In this document: positions 19,948 through 28,871 of the stretch, piece by piece | How the letters are laid out: each line of letters starts with the position of its first letter | Position numbering within the stretch: the stretch's first letter is position 1 | Source: Alphaproteobacteria bacterium | GTDB lineage: Bacteria; Pseudomonadota; Alphaproteobacteria; MPNO01; VGEU01 | DNA length: 64,000 bases | Direction: 5' to 3' | NCBI GenBank assembly: GCA_016869145.1 | Contig: VGEU01000001.1 | Span: 127,237-191,236 of the forward strand | Notes under the pieces: model-generated | Database searches by the model: none | What the model was told of the DNA's origin: nothing | Seen by the model: the letters and a program-made list of their open reading frames with translations, nothing else | Position numbers and translations under genes: made by a program

Positions 19948-21579
19948 TCAGGCGCGGCTGTCCGTTCCCCGGCGCAGCACATGTCCCGGGAGCGCACCCG
20001 TGTGCTCACCATGATCGATCACGAGCGCGCCGTTCACGACCACCGTCGGGATGCCGGTCGCATAGCGGTGCGGCTCGGCGTAGGTCGCGGTCTCGGCGAC
20101 CGTCGCCGGGTCGAACACCGTGATGTCGGCGCGATAGCCCTCGCGCAGATAGCCGCGATCGACGAGACCGAGCGCGTCCGCCGACGCGCCGGTCATCTTG
20201 CGGATCGCGAGCGCGAGCGGCATGAGTTTCTCGTCCCGCACATAGTGGCCGAGCACCCGCGCGAACGTGCCATAGAAGCGCGGGTGCGGCCGTCCCTGGC
20301 CGGTGATGCCATAGGGCGCGACCGCATTGCCGTCCGAACCGACGAGAACGAAGGGACATTTGAGAATGGTGCGGACGTCGTCCTCCGCGATCGAGGTGAC
20401 GACGACACGCGTCGCCGCCTTGTCGGCGATCACGTAGTCGAAGACCGCGTCGTCGGGGTCGATGCCGCGCTCGGCGGCGATGTCGCCGAGCGTGCGTCCG
20501 GCGTACTGGCTCTGGTTGGGCGAGATCGAGACGCGCACCGCGTCCCACGACGGGATGCGGCCGAAATTGTTGAGCCCCTTGTCGGCGAGCTCGCGCTTGA
20601 CGCGGGCCCGCACCTCGGCCTTGCCGAGGCGATCGATCAGCTCCATGTCGCCGCCCTCCTGGAGCCAGGCCGGCAGAAGGTTGCGGAGCGGGTTGCTCGC
20701 CGCGGTATAGGGATACTGGTCGACGTCGATCTGGACGCCGCGCCGGCGCGCCGCGTCGAGGGTGTCGAGCGCATCCTGGGCGTGGCCCCAGTTCTCCATG
20801 CCGGAGAGCTTGAAGTGGACGATCTGGACGTGCACGCCGACCGCCTCGCCGAAGGCGATCGCCTCGGAGACGGCCTCGTGTACCTTCTCGGATTCGTCGC
20901 GGATGTGGGTGGCGTAGCGCGCCCCGCGCGTCTTGAGGACGCGGCCGAGGACGACGAGCTCCTCCGGTTCGCTGAAGGCGCCGGGCGGGGTGAAGAGGCC
21001 GGAGGAGAGACCGAACGCGCCGGCCTCGAGCGCCTCCTCGAGGAGACGCGTCATGTGCGCGAGCTCGTCCGCCGTCGGCTTTCGCCGCTCCATCCCCATC
21101 GCCATGATGCGGAGCGTGTTGTGGCCGCACAGCATGATCGTGTTGACCGCGAGCGCCGGGTACTCGTCGAGATATTGCGTGAAGGTAGTCTCGCGGAACG
21201 TGAGCCAGGGCGCGCTCGGCGACAGATACTGCCTGAGCGCTTCGACCTTGCCCGGGATGCACGGTGCGACCGAGAAGCCGCAATGGCCGATCACCTCGGT
21301 GGTGACGCCCTGTCGCACCTTGCTCTCGGCCTTGGGATTGAGCGGCAACGTGAAGTCGGAATGGGTCTTGATGTCGATGAAGCCCGGCGCGACGACCTTG
21401 CCGGCGGCGTCGACGATGCGGGCGGCGGGGACGTCGAGACGGGGCGCGATCGCCGCGATCCGCCCGTCGCGGATGCCGATCTCGGCCGGCCGGCCGTCGG
21501 CGCCGGTGCCATCGATCACGCTGCCGCCGCGGATGATGATGTCGAAGTTCAACGCCGCCTCCCTCGCCTTCCCGGCCAC
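19948..21579 (-). CDS. N-acyl-D-amino-acid deacylase (D-aminoacylase) family amidohydrolase
   Basis: 543 aa; PGFIDIKTHSD metal-binding start and amidohydrolase-family C-terminus. Confidence 0.8.
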   Translation of the reverse strand: MAGKAREAALNFDIIIRGGSVIDGTGADGRPAEIGIRDGRIAAIAPRLDVPAARIVDAAGKVVAPGFIDIKTHSDFTLPLNPKAESKVRQGVTTEVIGHCGFSVAPCIPGKVEALRQYLSPSAPWLTFRETTFTQYLDEYPALAVNTIMLCGHNTLRIMAMGMERRKPTADELAHMTRLLEEALEAGAFGLSSGLFTPPGAFSEPEELVVLGRVLKTRGARYATHIRDESEKVHEAVSEAIAFGEAVGVHVQIVHFKLSGMENWGHAQDALDTLDAARRRGVQIDVDQYPYTAASNPLRNLLPAWLQEGGDMELIDRLGKAEVRARVKRELADKGLNNFGRIPSWDAVRVSISPNQSQYAGRTLGDIAAERGIDPDDAVFDYVIADKAATRVVVTSIAEDDVRTILKCPFVLVGSDGNAVAPYGITGQGRPHPRFYGTFARVLGHYVRDEKLMPLALAIRKMTGASADALGLVDRGYLREGYRADITVFDPATVAETATYAEPHRYATGIPTVVVNGALVIDHGEHTGALPGHVLRRGTDSRA

Positions 21580-21634
21580 ATCGGCCCGATTATGGCGGGA
21601 GAGGCGGCGGTATCAAACGCCCGCGTCGGCCCGG

Positions 21635-22171
21635 CTACTGATTGCGGATCTCGATCTTCCGCTGCCGCCGCTGGGCCTCCTCTGACTTAGGCACCGAGAT
21701 GCTGAGGACGCCATTCTTGAAGCTGGCGTCGATCCTGCCGGCATCGATCCCGTCGGGGAGCCGGAACGAGCGCTGGGAGGAGCCGTAGCGACGCTCCGAC
21801 AAGTGATAGTCCTCGTCCTTCTGCTCCTTTTCCTCCGACTTCTCGCCCCGGATCGTCAGCACGTCGTCTACGAGCGAGACCTCGACGTTCTTCTCGTCGA
21901 TACCCGAGAACTCGGCCGTGATCTCGTAGGCCTTTTCCTTCTCGACCACATCGACCGCCGGGACGTTGAATCGTAGGAACGATTCCTGTGCCGCGGCCGG
22001 TGCGCCGGCACGAGCCCGCCGCGCGAACGGCCAGTCCCATGCTCCCACCGACCAGTCGTCGAACAAGCGGTCGACCTCGCGCCGGAACACGTCGAAGGGG
22101 TTCCGCGTCGGCTCGGCGACCGGTGCCGGAGCGCCGCCCTTGACGGCGACCTTTCCGCTTTCCTCTGCCAT
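21635..22171 (-). CDS. Hsp20/alpha-crystallin family small heat-shock protein
   Basis: Alpha-crystallin domain (AYEITAEFSGIDEKNVEVSLVDDVLTIRGEK...GVLSISVPK); ends in TAG. Confidence 0.9.
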   Translation of the reverse strand: MAEESGKVAVKGGAPAPVAEPTRNPFDVFRREVDRLFDDWSVGAWDWPFARRARAGAPAAAQESFLRFNVPAVDVVEKEKAYEITAEFSGIDEKNVEVSLVDDVLTIRGEKSEEKEQKDEDYHLSERRYGSSQRSFRLPDGIDAGRIDASFKNGVLSISVPKSEEAQRRQRKIEIRNQ

Positions 22172-22293
22172 CGGTTACTCCTTTCCTGATGCGGATCCAG
22201 CGCTGTCCGCCGGAAGCATCTGATCGTAGGAACCGGCGGCACCGGATTCCCTAACCTGGATCAATCGGCCGCCGTCGAGAGGAGCCCGAGTCT

Positions 22294-23190
22294 TTGCACC
22301 GCATCGCGACACTTCTCGTGGCTCCGCTTGTTCTCGCGGCGCTCGCCACCGCATGCGCACTCCCGGGAGCGGCACAGACGACATGGACGGGCGCGTCGCG
22401 GGCGAGCGTCACGCGCGAGAGTCCCGACACCTTGGTCACGATCCGGAACGAGACGTTCCGCGCCGTCGACCCTTTCATCGCGGGCCTCGACCAGACGATC
22501 CGCCTCGTCGTCAAGGAGACCGTGGAGACGGTTCAGGCGATCGACGAGAAGGGCGCCCGCCTCGCGCGCGTGATGGTCTCCGCCTGGCGCTTCGGCGACG
22601 ATCCGGCGGCAGCGCCCTTGTGGACAATCACACATCCGGGCAACGCGACCGAGATCGTTCTCGGCGACTTCCTCGCCGTCCATGGCGAGAACACCGACTG
22701 GCGCCATCCGCCGAAGACCCTCTTCGCACTCGGCGACGGCCGCCCGCTCTTCGTCGCGACCGTGCCGTGGGCGAGGTTCTATGTCGCCGGTCCGGGTGCG
22801 GATTCCCGCTACGGTGCCGTCGCCGGCGCCAATGCGACCGAGCTCAGTCGGATGGCCGGGCCGATCGCGCACGCCGTCGCGGTTCTCTCCTATGCCGGAC
22901 GGACGCGTGTGATCGACCAGCTCGTTCTTGCCGCACCCGACGCGACGAGGGCACGCACTCTCCTCGCAGACGAGGAGGAGATGGCGCTCGACTGGATCGA
23001 CCGCGACGGCCGCGCCATCGGACCATTCGAGGACCATGCCGTCGATGGCGCCGGCGCGCCGGCGCTTCGACTTCGTTTCGTCGCCGACGGTGCCGAGATC
23101 CGGGTGCCCATAATGGGTGACCGCCTCGCGCCAGAGCACGCGGGCCTGCCGGCGGGCTTCCTCCTCGTCCGTGCGCCGCCCGGACGATGA
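22294..23190 (+). CDS. hypothetical secreted protein
   Basis: Signal peptide MHRIATLLVAPLVLAALATACA; no recognised domain; 4-bp ATGA overlap with the downstream MFS gene suggests an operon. Confidence 0.5.
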   Translation: MHRIATLLVAPLVLAALATACALPGAAQTTWTGASRASVTRESPDTLVTIRNETFRAVDPFIAGLDQTIRLVVKETVETVQAIDEKGARLARVMVSAWRFGDDPAAAPLWTITHPGNATEIVLGDFLAVHGENTDWRHPPKTLFALGDGRPLFVATVPWARFYVAGPGADSRYGAVAGANATELSRMAGPIAHAVAVLSYAGRTRVIDQLVLAAPDATRARTLLADEEEMALDWIDRDGRAIGPFEDHAVDGAGAPALRLRFVADGAEIRVPIMGDRLAPEHAGLPAGFLLVRAPPGR

Positions 23191-24419
23191 TCCGTCTCCT
23201 GCCGGCCTCGACCGCGCCCGAGGCGCGTCCCGTCCTCGCCGCCCGCACGCTCCGTGCCTTCGCCGACGGCTTTCTCGCGCTGATCCTTCCGGCCTACCTC
23301 GTCCGCCTCGGGTTCGACGCCGTCACGGTCGGGCTGATCACAACCGCGACGCTCCTCGGCTCGGCGGCGACGACGCTCGGTGCCGGCTTCCTCGCGCGTC
23401 GCCTCGGGGTTCGCGGCCTCCTCGTCGGCGGCGCGGGCCTGATGGCGGCGACCGCGCTCGGTTTCGCCGCGGCGACCGAGTTCTGGCCCCTCCTGCTGAT
23501 CGCGGCGCTCGCGCCGATCAATCCTTCGCAAGGGGATTCGACACTCTTCGCACCCCTCGAGCAGTCCGTCCTCGCCACCGCGATCGCCGACCGGGACCGC
23601 ACCGCGCTGTTCGCCCGCTACAGCCTGGTCGGCTCGCTCGGCGCCGCGACCGGCGCGCTTCTCGCGGGTCTCCCCGATCTCGCCGCGCCGCTCCTCGGCC
23701 TGAGCGACCTCGCCGCACTCCAGGCAATGTTCGTCGTCCATGCCGCGATCGGGATCGGCGTCGCGCTCCTCTATCGCCGCCTGCCGGCACGCGCCCACAC
23801 TGGGGGGGCCGCGCGGGCCGCGCCGGCCGCGCCGCTCGGCCCGTCGCGGCGGACGGTATGGCGGCTTGCGGCCCTGTTCAGCGTCGATGCCTTCGCCGGC
23901 GGGTTTCTCGTTAACTCGCTCGTGGCGCTCTGGCTGTTCCATCGCTTCGATCTCTCGCTCGCGGCCACGGCGACGCTCTTCTTCTGGACCGGGCTCCTCG
24001 CCGCGGTCTCGCAGCTCGCCGCGGCGCCGCTCGCCCGCCGGATCGGGCTGATCAACACCATGGCCTTCACGCATGTTCCGGCCAATATCTGCGTCGTCGC
24101 GATCGCCTTCGTCGACTGGCTTCCGGCGGTCATCGTCCTTCTCCTGATCCGCGGCCTCCTGGCCCAGATGGACGTCCCGGCGCGGAACTCCTACGTCATG
24201 GCGGTCGTCACACCGGTCGAACGCCCAGCGGCGGCGAGCCTCACCGCGGTACCGCGCAGCCTCGCCGCGGCGCTCAGCCCGGCGCTCGCCGGCCAGCTCC
24301 TCGCGGCGTCCGCATTCGCCTGGCCGTTCCTGCTCGGCGGCGGCCTCAAGATCGCCTACGATCTCGTCCTCCTGGCCCTGTTCCGCAACCAGCGCCCGCC
24401 CGAGGAGAGACGAGGATGA
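23187..24419 (+). CDS. MFS transporter
   Basis: 410 aa with 12 predicted TM helices and MFS-like loops. Confidence 0.8.
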   Translation: MIRLLPASTAPEARPVLAARTLRAFADGFLALILPAYLVRLGFDAVTVGLITTATLLGSAATTLGAGFLARRLGVRGLLVGGAGLMAATALGFAAATEFWPLLLIAALAPINPSQGDSTLFAPLEQSVLATAIADRDRTALFARYSLVGSLGAATGALLAGLPDLAAPLLGLSDLAALQAMFVVHAAIGIGVALLYRRLPARAHTGGAARAAPAAPLGPSRRTVWRLAALFSVDAFAGGFLVNSLVALWLFHRFDLSLAATATLFFWTGLLAAVSQLAAAPLARRIGLINTMAFTHVPANICVVAIAFVDWLPAVIVLLLIRGLLAQMDVPARNSYVMAVVTPVERPAAASLTAVPRSLAAALSPALAGQLLAASAFAWPFLLGGGLKIAYDLVLLALFRNQRPPEERRG

Positions 24420-24892
24420 CCCTGCCCGCGCGCCCGATCCTCACGCTCGAGGCCGCGAGCCTGATCGTCGATGCCGCCCTCGCGGCCGGACGGGCACACG
24501 CGATGATGCCCCTTTCGGTCGCCGTCCTCGACGCCGGCGGTCACCTCGTCGCGTTCAAGCGCGAGACCGGCTCGGGCATCCTTCGCGCAGACGTCGCATT
24601 CGGCAAAGCGTGGGGCGCGCTCGGCATGGGCATGCCGACGCGGCTTCTCCGCGACCGCCTCGCCGACCGGCCGAGCTTCCAGGCCGCCCTCGCCGTCGCG
24701 TCCGACGGTCGGATGGTTCCGGTGCCGGGCGGTGTGCTGATCCGAAGCGAAGGCCATGTCGTCGGCGCCGTCGGGATCAGCGGCGATACCTCCGACAAGG
24801 ACGAGTTCTGCGCGATCGAGGGTGTCAGGGCCGCCGACCTGGTCCCCGATCCGGAAGAGCCGGCGCCGAACTGGCGCGCCTCAAAACTGTAG
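24416..24892 (+). CDS. GlcG/HbpS-like (DUF336) haem-binding protein
   Basis: 158 aa; family-like sequence including AFGKAWGALGMG and GAVGISGDTSDKDE; TAG stop is followed immediately by a ribosome-binding site and the next gene. Confidence 0.75.
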   Translation: MTLPARPILTLEAASLIVDAALAAGRAHAMMPLSVAVLDAGGHLVAFKRETGSGILRADVAFGKAWGALGMGMPTRLLRDRLADRPSFQAALAVASDGRMVPVPGGVLIRSEGHVVGAVGISGDTSDKDEFCAIEGVRAADLVPDPEEPAPNWRASKL

Positions 24893-24903
24893 AGGAGACG
24901 ACA

Positions 24904-25590
24904 ATGGCGAGAACGATCACGGTCAAGGCGCGCGACGGCCACGCGCTCGAGGGCTGGCGCACCGATCCCGACGGCGCCGCCAAGGGCGGGATCGTCGTCC
25001 TGCAGGCCATCTATGGCCGCACGACCCATCTCGGCACGGTATGCGATGACTTCGCGAAGGCGGGCTACGCGGCGATCGCGCCGGCGCTCTACGATCGCTC
25101 GGGCAAGGGCATCGTGTTCGGCTACGACAAGGCCGGTCTCGACGCCGGCATGAAACAGCGGGAAAGCCTCGTCGAGGCGGGCGTGGCGGCCGATGTCGGC
25201 GGCTGCCTGGATGCCCTCCGTCCCGCCGGCCGGCTGGCGGTGATGGGGTTCTGCACCGGCGGCTCGTGGGCCTGGATCATGGCGGCGACACAGGCGCTCG
25301 ATGCCGCGGTGATCTACTACGGGAGCGACGTCTACGAGCTCCGCGACCGGAAGCCGCGCTGCCCGACTCTTGTCCACTATGGCGACAAGGACCCGATCGT
25401 GCCGCTGCCGCAGGTCGAGACGATCCGGGCGCTGCACCCGACGTTGGAGCATCATCTCTATCCCGGCGCGGGCCACGCCTTCCACAACCCCGAGCAGGCG
25501 AGCTTCAACGCCGAGGCGCGCCGGATCGCCTGGGAACGGACCATCGCTTTCCTCGACCGCCACCTCGCCCCGCGTGCGGCGGCCGAATGA
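24904..25590 (+). CDS. dienelactone hydrolase family protein
   Basis: 228 aa; nucleophile-elbow-like GFCTGG and C-terminal His region (GAGHAFHNP). Confidence 0.8.
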   Translation: MARTITVKARDGHALEGWRTDPDGAAKGGIVVLQAIYGRTTHLGTVCDDFAKAGYAAIAPALYDRSGKGIVFGYDKAGLDAGMKQRESLVEAGVAADVGGCLDALRPAGRLAVMGFCTGGSWAWIMAATQALDAAVIYYGSDVYELRDRKPRCPTLVHYGDKDPIVPLPQVETIRALHPTLEHHLYPGAGHAFHNPEQASFNAEARRIAWERTIAFLDRHLAPRAAAE

Positions 25591-25596
25591 GCGCGC

Positions 25597-27093
25597 TCAG
25601 CGCGCGGGCGCGACGCGCGCGCGGAGGGCGGAGAAGAGCGGCCACAGGAGGACGAGCACGCCGAGAAGCGTGATCGAGCCGACGAGCCAGTTCGACCAGA
25701 AGATGCCGAGGTCGCCCTGCGACAGGATCATCGACTGGCGGAACGACGTCTCCGCGAGCGTGCCGAGCACGAGCGCGAGGACGAGCGGTGCGAGCGGGTA
25801 GTTGAGCTTCTTGAACAGATAGCCGATGACGCCGAACACCAGCATCATCACGACGTCGATCATCGCCTGGTTCACCGTGTAGGCGCCGATCGCGCAGATC
25901 ACGATGATGATCGGCGCGATGATGCTGAACGGGATGCGCAGGATCGCGGCGAACCAGGGCACCAGCGTGAGCACGATGATCAGCCCCGCGATGTTGCCGA
26001 TATACATGCTGGCAATCAGGCCCCAGACGAAGTCCTTCTGCTCGACGAAGAGGAGCGGGCCGGGCTGCAACCCCCAGATCAGGAGGCCGCCCATGAGGAC
26101 GGCGGCCGTCGGCGAGCCCGGGATGCCGAGCGACAGCATCGGGAGGAGCGCGCTGGTACCGGCGGCGTGGGCTGCGGTCTCCGGCGCGACGACACCTTCG
26201 ATCTTGCCCTTGCCGAACTCGGAACCGTCCTTGCCGACGCGCTTGGCGATGCCGTAGCTCATGAACGAGGCGGGCGTGGCACCAGCCGGCGTGATCCCCA
26301 TCCAGCAGCCGATGATCGAGGAGCGGACCGACGTCATCCAGTAGCGCGGCAGCTGCTTCCAGGTCTGCCACACGATCTTCGGGTTGATCTTCGCGGCGCG
26401 GCCACGGAAGGCGAGCCCCTCCTCCATCGAGAGCAGGATCTCGCCGATCCCGAACAGCCCGATCACCGCGATCAGAAAGTCGAAGCCCTTGAGAAGCTCG
26501 GTCGAGCCGAAGGTGAGCCGGAGCTGACCGGTCACCGTATCGAGACCGACCGCCGCCAGCGCGAAGCCGATCATCATCGCGACCATGGTCTTGAACGGCG
26601 GTTCCTTGCCCATGCCGATGAAGCTCGCGAAGGCGAGGAACTGGACGGCGAAGAGCTCGGGGGGTCCGAACTTGAGGGCGAAATTGGCGACCAGCGGCGC
26701 AACGAGCGTGATCATGATCACCGCGACGAGGGCGCCGACGAACGAGGACGTGAACGCCGCCGTCAGGGCCTCGCCGGCGCGCCCCTGCTGCGCCATCGGA
26801 TGACCGTCGAAGGTCGTCGCGACCGACCACGGCTCACCGGGGATATTGAACAGGATCGACGTGATCGCGCCGCCGAACAGCGCGCCCCAATAGAGACACG
26901 ACAGCATGATGATCGCCGAGGTCGGCGTCATCGCGAAGGTGAGCGGCAGGAGGATCGCGATCCCGTTCGCACCGCCGAGTCCCGGCAGCACGCCGACGAT
27001 CACGCCGAGCACGATCCCGATGAACGCGAACATCAGGTTGTGCGGCTCGAGCGCGATCGAGAAGCCGTGCATCAGGAACGAGAGGTCGTCCAT
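25597..27093 (-). CDS. tctA: tripartite tricarboxylate transporter permease TctA
   Basis: 498 aa multi-TM protein of the TctA family, downstream of tctB and tctC. Confidence 0.85.
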   Translation of the reverse strand: MDDLSFLMHGFSIALEPHNLMFAFIGIVLGVIVGVLPGLGGANGIAILLPLTFAMTPTSAIIMLSCLYWGALFGGAITSILFNIPGEPWSVATTFDGHPMAQQGRAGEALTAAFTSSFVGALVAVIMITLVAPLVANFALKFGPPELFAVQFLAFASFIGMGKEPPFKTMVAMMIGFALAAVGLDTVTGQLRLTFGSTELLKGFDFLIAVIGLFGIGEILLSMEEGLAFRGRAAKINPKIVWQTWKQLPRYWMTSVRSSIIGCWMGITPAGATPASFMSYGIAKRVGKDGSEFGKGKIEGVVAPETAAHAAGTSALLPMLSLGIPGSPTAAVLMGGLLIWGLQPGPLLFVEQKDFVWGLIASMYIGNIAGLIIVLTLVPWFAAILRIPFSIIAPIIIVICAIGAYTVNQAMIDVVMMLVFGVIGYLFKKLNYPLAPLVLALVLGTLAETSFRQSMILSQGDLGIFWSNWLVGSITLLGVLVLLWPLFSALRARVAPAR

Positions 27094-27099
27094 CGGTGC

Positions 27100-27600
27100 T
27101 CAGTATCCCAGCATTTCCTCGAGCGGTCCCTTGGGCAGCGGCACCAGGAACCAGATCTCGAAGGTGATGAACGTCACGACGGGCACACCGACCGCGACCG
27201 CGGCGACCAGCGGCCAGCCATAGCGGCCGAGAAAGCGCATGAACGCCCCGATATAGAACACGGAGGCGACGTAGAGGCCGATCACGGGAATGACGGCGAC
27301 GAAGAGCGCCGCCGGAATGAACACGCGGAGCACCAGCACGAATTGATGTCGCTCGGTGATCGGTCGGGTGAGCTTCGCCCGTTGCACCACCGCCGCGGCG
27401 ATGTTGACGATGCTCGCCCCGACCAGGATCAGACCGATGTAGAAGGGGAAGTAGCCGGCCTTCGGCCCCTCGGGGCCCCACCCGGCCCCGACGCGCACGC
27501 TGTCCCACATCACGATCGCGCCAAGCGCGACGATGATCAGGCCGACGATGACCTCGGTCGCGAACACCGACGGCATGCCGCCCGTGCGCTCACGTTCCAT
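27100..27600 (-). CDS. tctB: tripartite tricarboxylate transporter TctB
   Basis: About 160 aa with four TM helices, located between tctC and tctA. Confidence 0.7.
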   Translation of the reverse strand: MERERTGGMPSVFATEVIVGLIIVALGAIVMWDSVRVGAGWGPEGPKAGYFPFYIGLILVGASIVNIAAAVVQRAKLTRPITERHQFVLVLRVFIPAALFVAVIPVIGLYVASVFYIGAFMRFLGRYGWPLVAAVAVGVPVVTFITFEIWFLVPLPKGPLEEMLGY

Positions 27601-27656
27601 GGCCGGGCCTTCCCGCTCGATCCGACGACGCGCCCCGCGGCGACCTCAGTCTCGGG

Positions 27657-28661
27657 TCACTGGGCGATGAAGCCCGCGCTCTGCATCAGCTCGCGGTGGC
27701 GCTTCTCCTCGTTCTCGACCCATTTCGCGTAGTCGGGACCGGTCATGAAGGTCGTGTTGAACGCGCCTTCCTGCATGAGCTGCCGCCATTCCGGCGTCTC
27801 GCGCACCTTCTGGAACAGCGACACGTAGTAGGCGACCTGCGCCGGCGTCGCACCGGGCGCCATGAACACGCCGCGCAGCATCAGATACTCGACGTTGATA
27901 CCGGATTCGCGGCAGGTCGGGATGTCGCTCCAGGCCTTGTCGCCCGCGACCTTCTCGGTGACGGAGAGCCGCTTGGAATCGAAGACGCAGAGCGGTCGAA
28001 GCTAGCCCGCGCGCCAATGCGCCACCGCCTCGATCGGGTTGTTGACGGTCGAATTGACGTGCTTGCCGACGAGCTGGACCGCGACGGCGCCGCCGCCCGC
28101 GAACGGCACATAGGCGAACTTCTTGCCGATGATCCGTTCGAGCGCAACGGTGATGATCTGGTCTTCCTGCTTGGAACCGGTGCCCGCCATCTTGAAGGTG
28201 TTGTCCGGCGCGGCCCTCACCGCCTCGATATATTGCTGCGCGGTCTGATAGGGCGATTCGGCGTTGACCCACAGGATGAACTCGTCGAGCGCCAGCATTG
28301 CGACCGGGGTCAGTTCCTTCCAGTTGAAGGGGATCCCGGTGCCTAGCGGTGTCGTGAACAGGTTCGAGAGCGTGATGATCAGCTTGTGCGGATTGCGCGC
28401 CGAGGCCTTGACGTCGAGGAAGCCCTCGCCGCCGGCGCCGCCGGCCTTGTTCACCACCACCATCGACTGCTTCATCAGGTTGTGCTTGCCGATGATGCCC
28501 TGCACGACCCGGGCCATCTGGTCGGCACCGCCGCCGGTGCCGGCGGGCACGATGAACTCGACATTACGGGTCGGCTCCCACGCCTGCGCCGCGGCGGGCG
28601 CGATGGAGGCGTAGGCCGCGATCGACAGGACGGCGGCGAACGTACGAAGGGTCATGAACAT
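27657..28661 (-). pseudogene. tctC: tripartite tricarboxylate transporter substrate-binding protein TctC, interrupted by an in-frame TAG
   Basis: Signal peptide MFMTLRTFAAVLSIAAYASIAPAAAQA; TctC-family sequence continues in frame across the TAG at 28002-28004: ...NPIEAVAHWRAG*LRPLCVFDSKRLSVTEKVAGDKAWSDIPTCRESGINVEYLMLRGVFMAPGATPAQV.... The TAG sits where TctC homologues usually have Lys (AAG). Confidence 0.75.
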
Positions 28662-28871
28662 GAGGCGCTCCCTGATCTCGTTGCTTGATCGGCGTTCGTA
28701 GCGCCACCCGGCGGCGTTACACGCTCGAGCGATACGCCAGCGATGTGGTCCCGTCGATGCGATCGATTTTCTTGTCAGTGAGTATCGGGGCGCGCTGCAA
28801 CGCGGTCCAGCCACTTTTGCCGTCGACCGGGGTGGGCAACGCGGCCGGGGCGAGGATGCCGCAGCCCCGGA

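Noticed and set aside
22172-22293. ROSE thermosensor or RpoH promoter in the hsp20 leader
   Set aside because: An AGGAG ribosome-binding site is present, but no convincing anti-SD hairpin with the conserved G bulge, and no CTTGAA-N16-CCCCAT match could be identified by eye.
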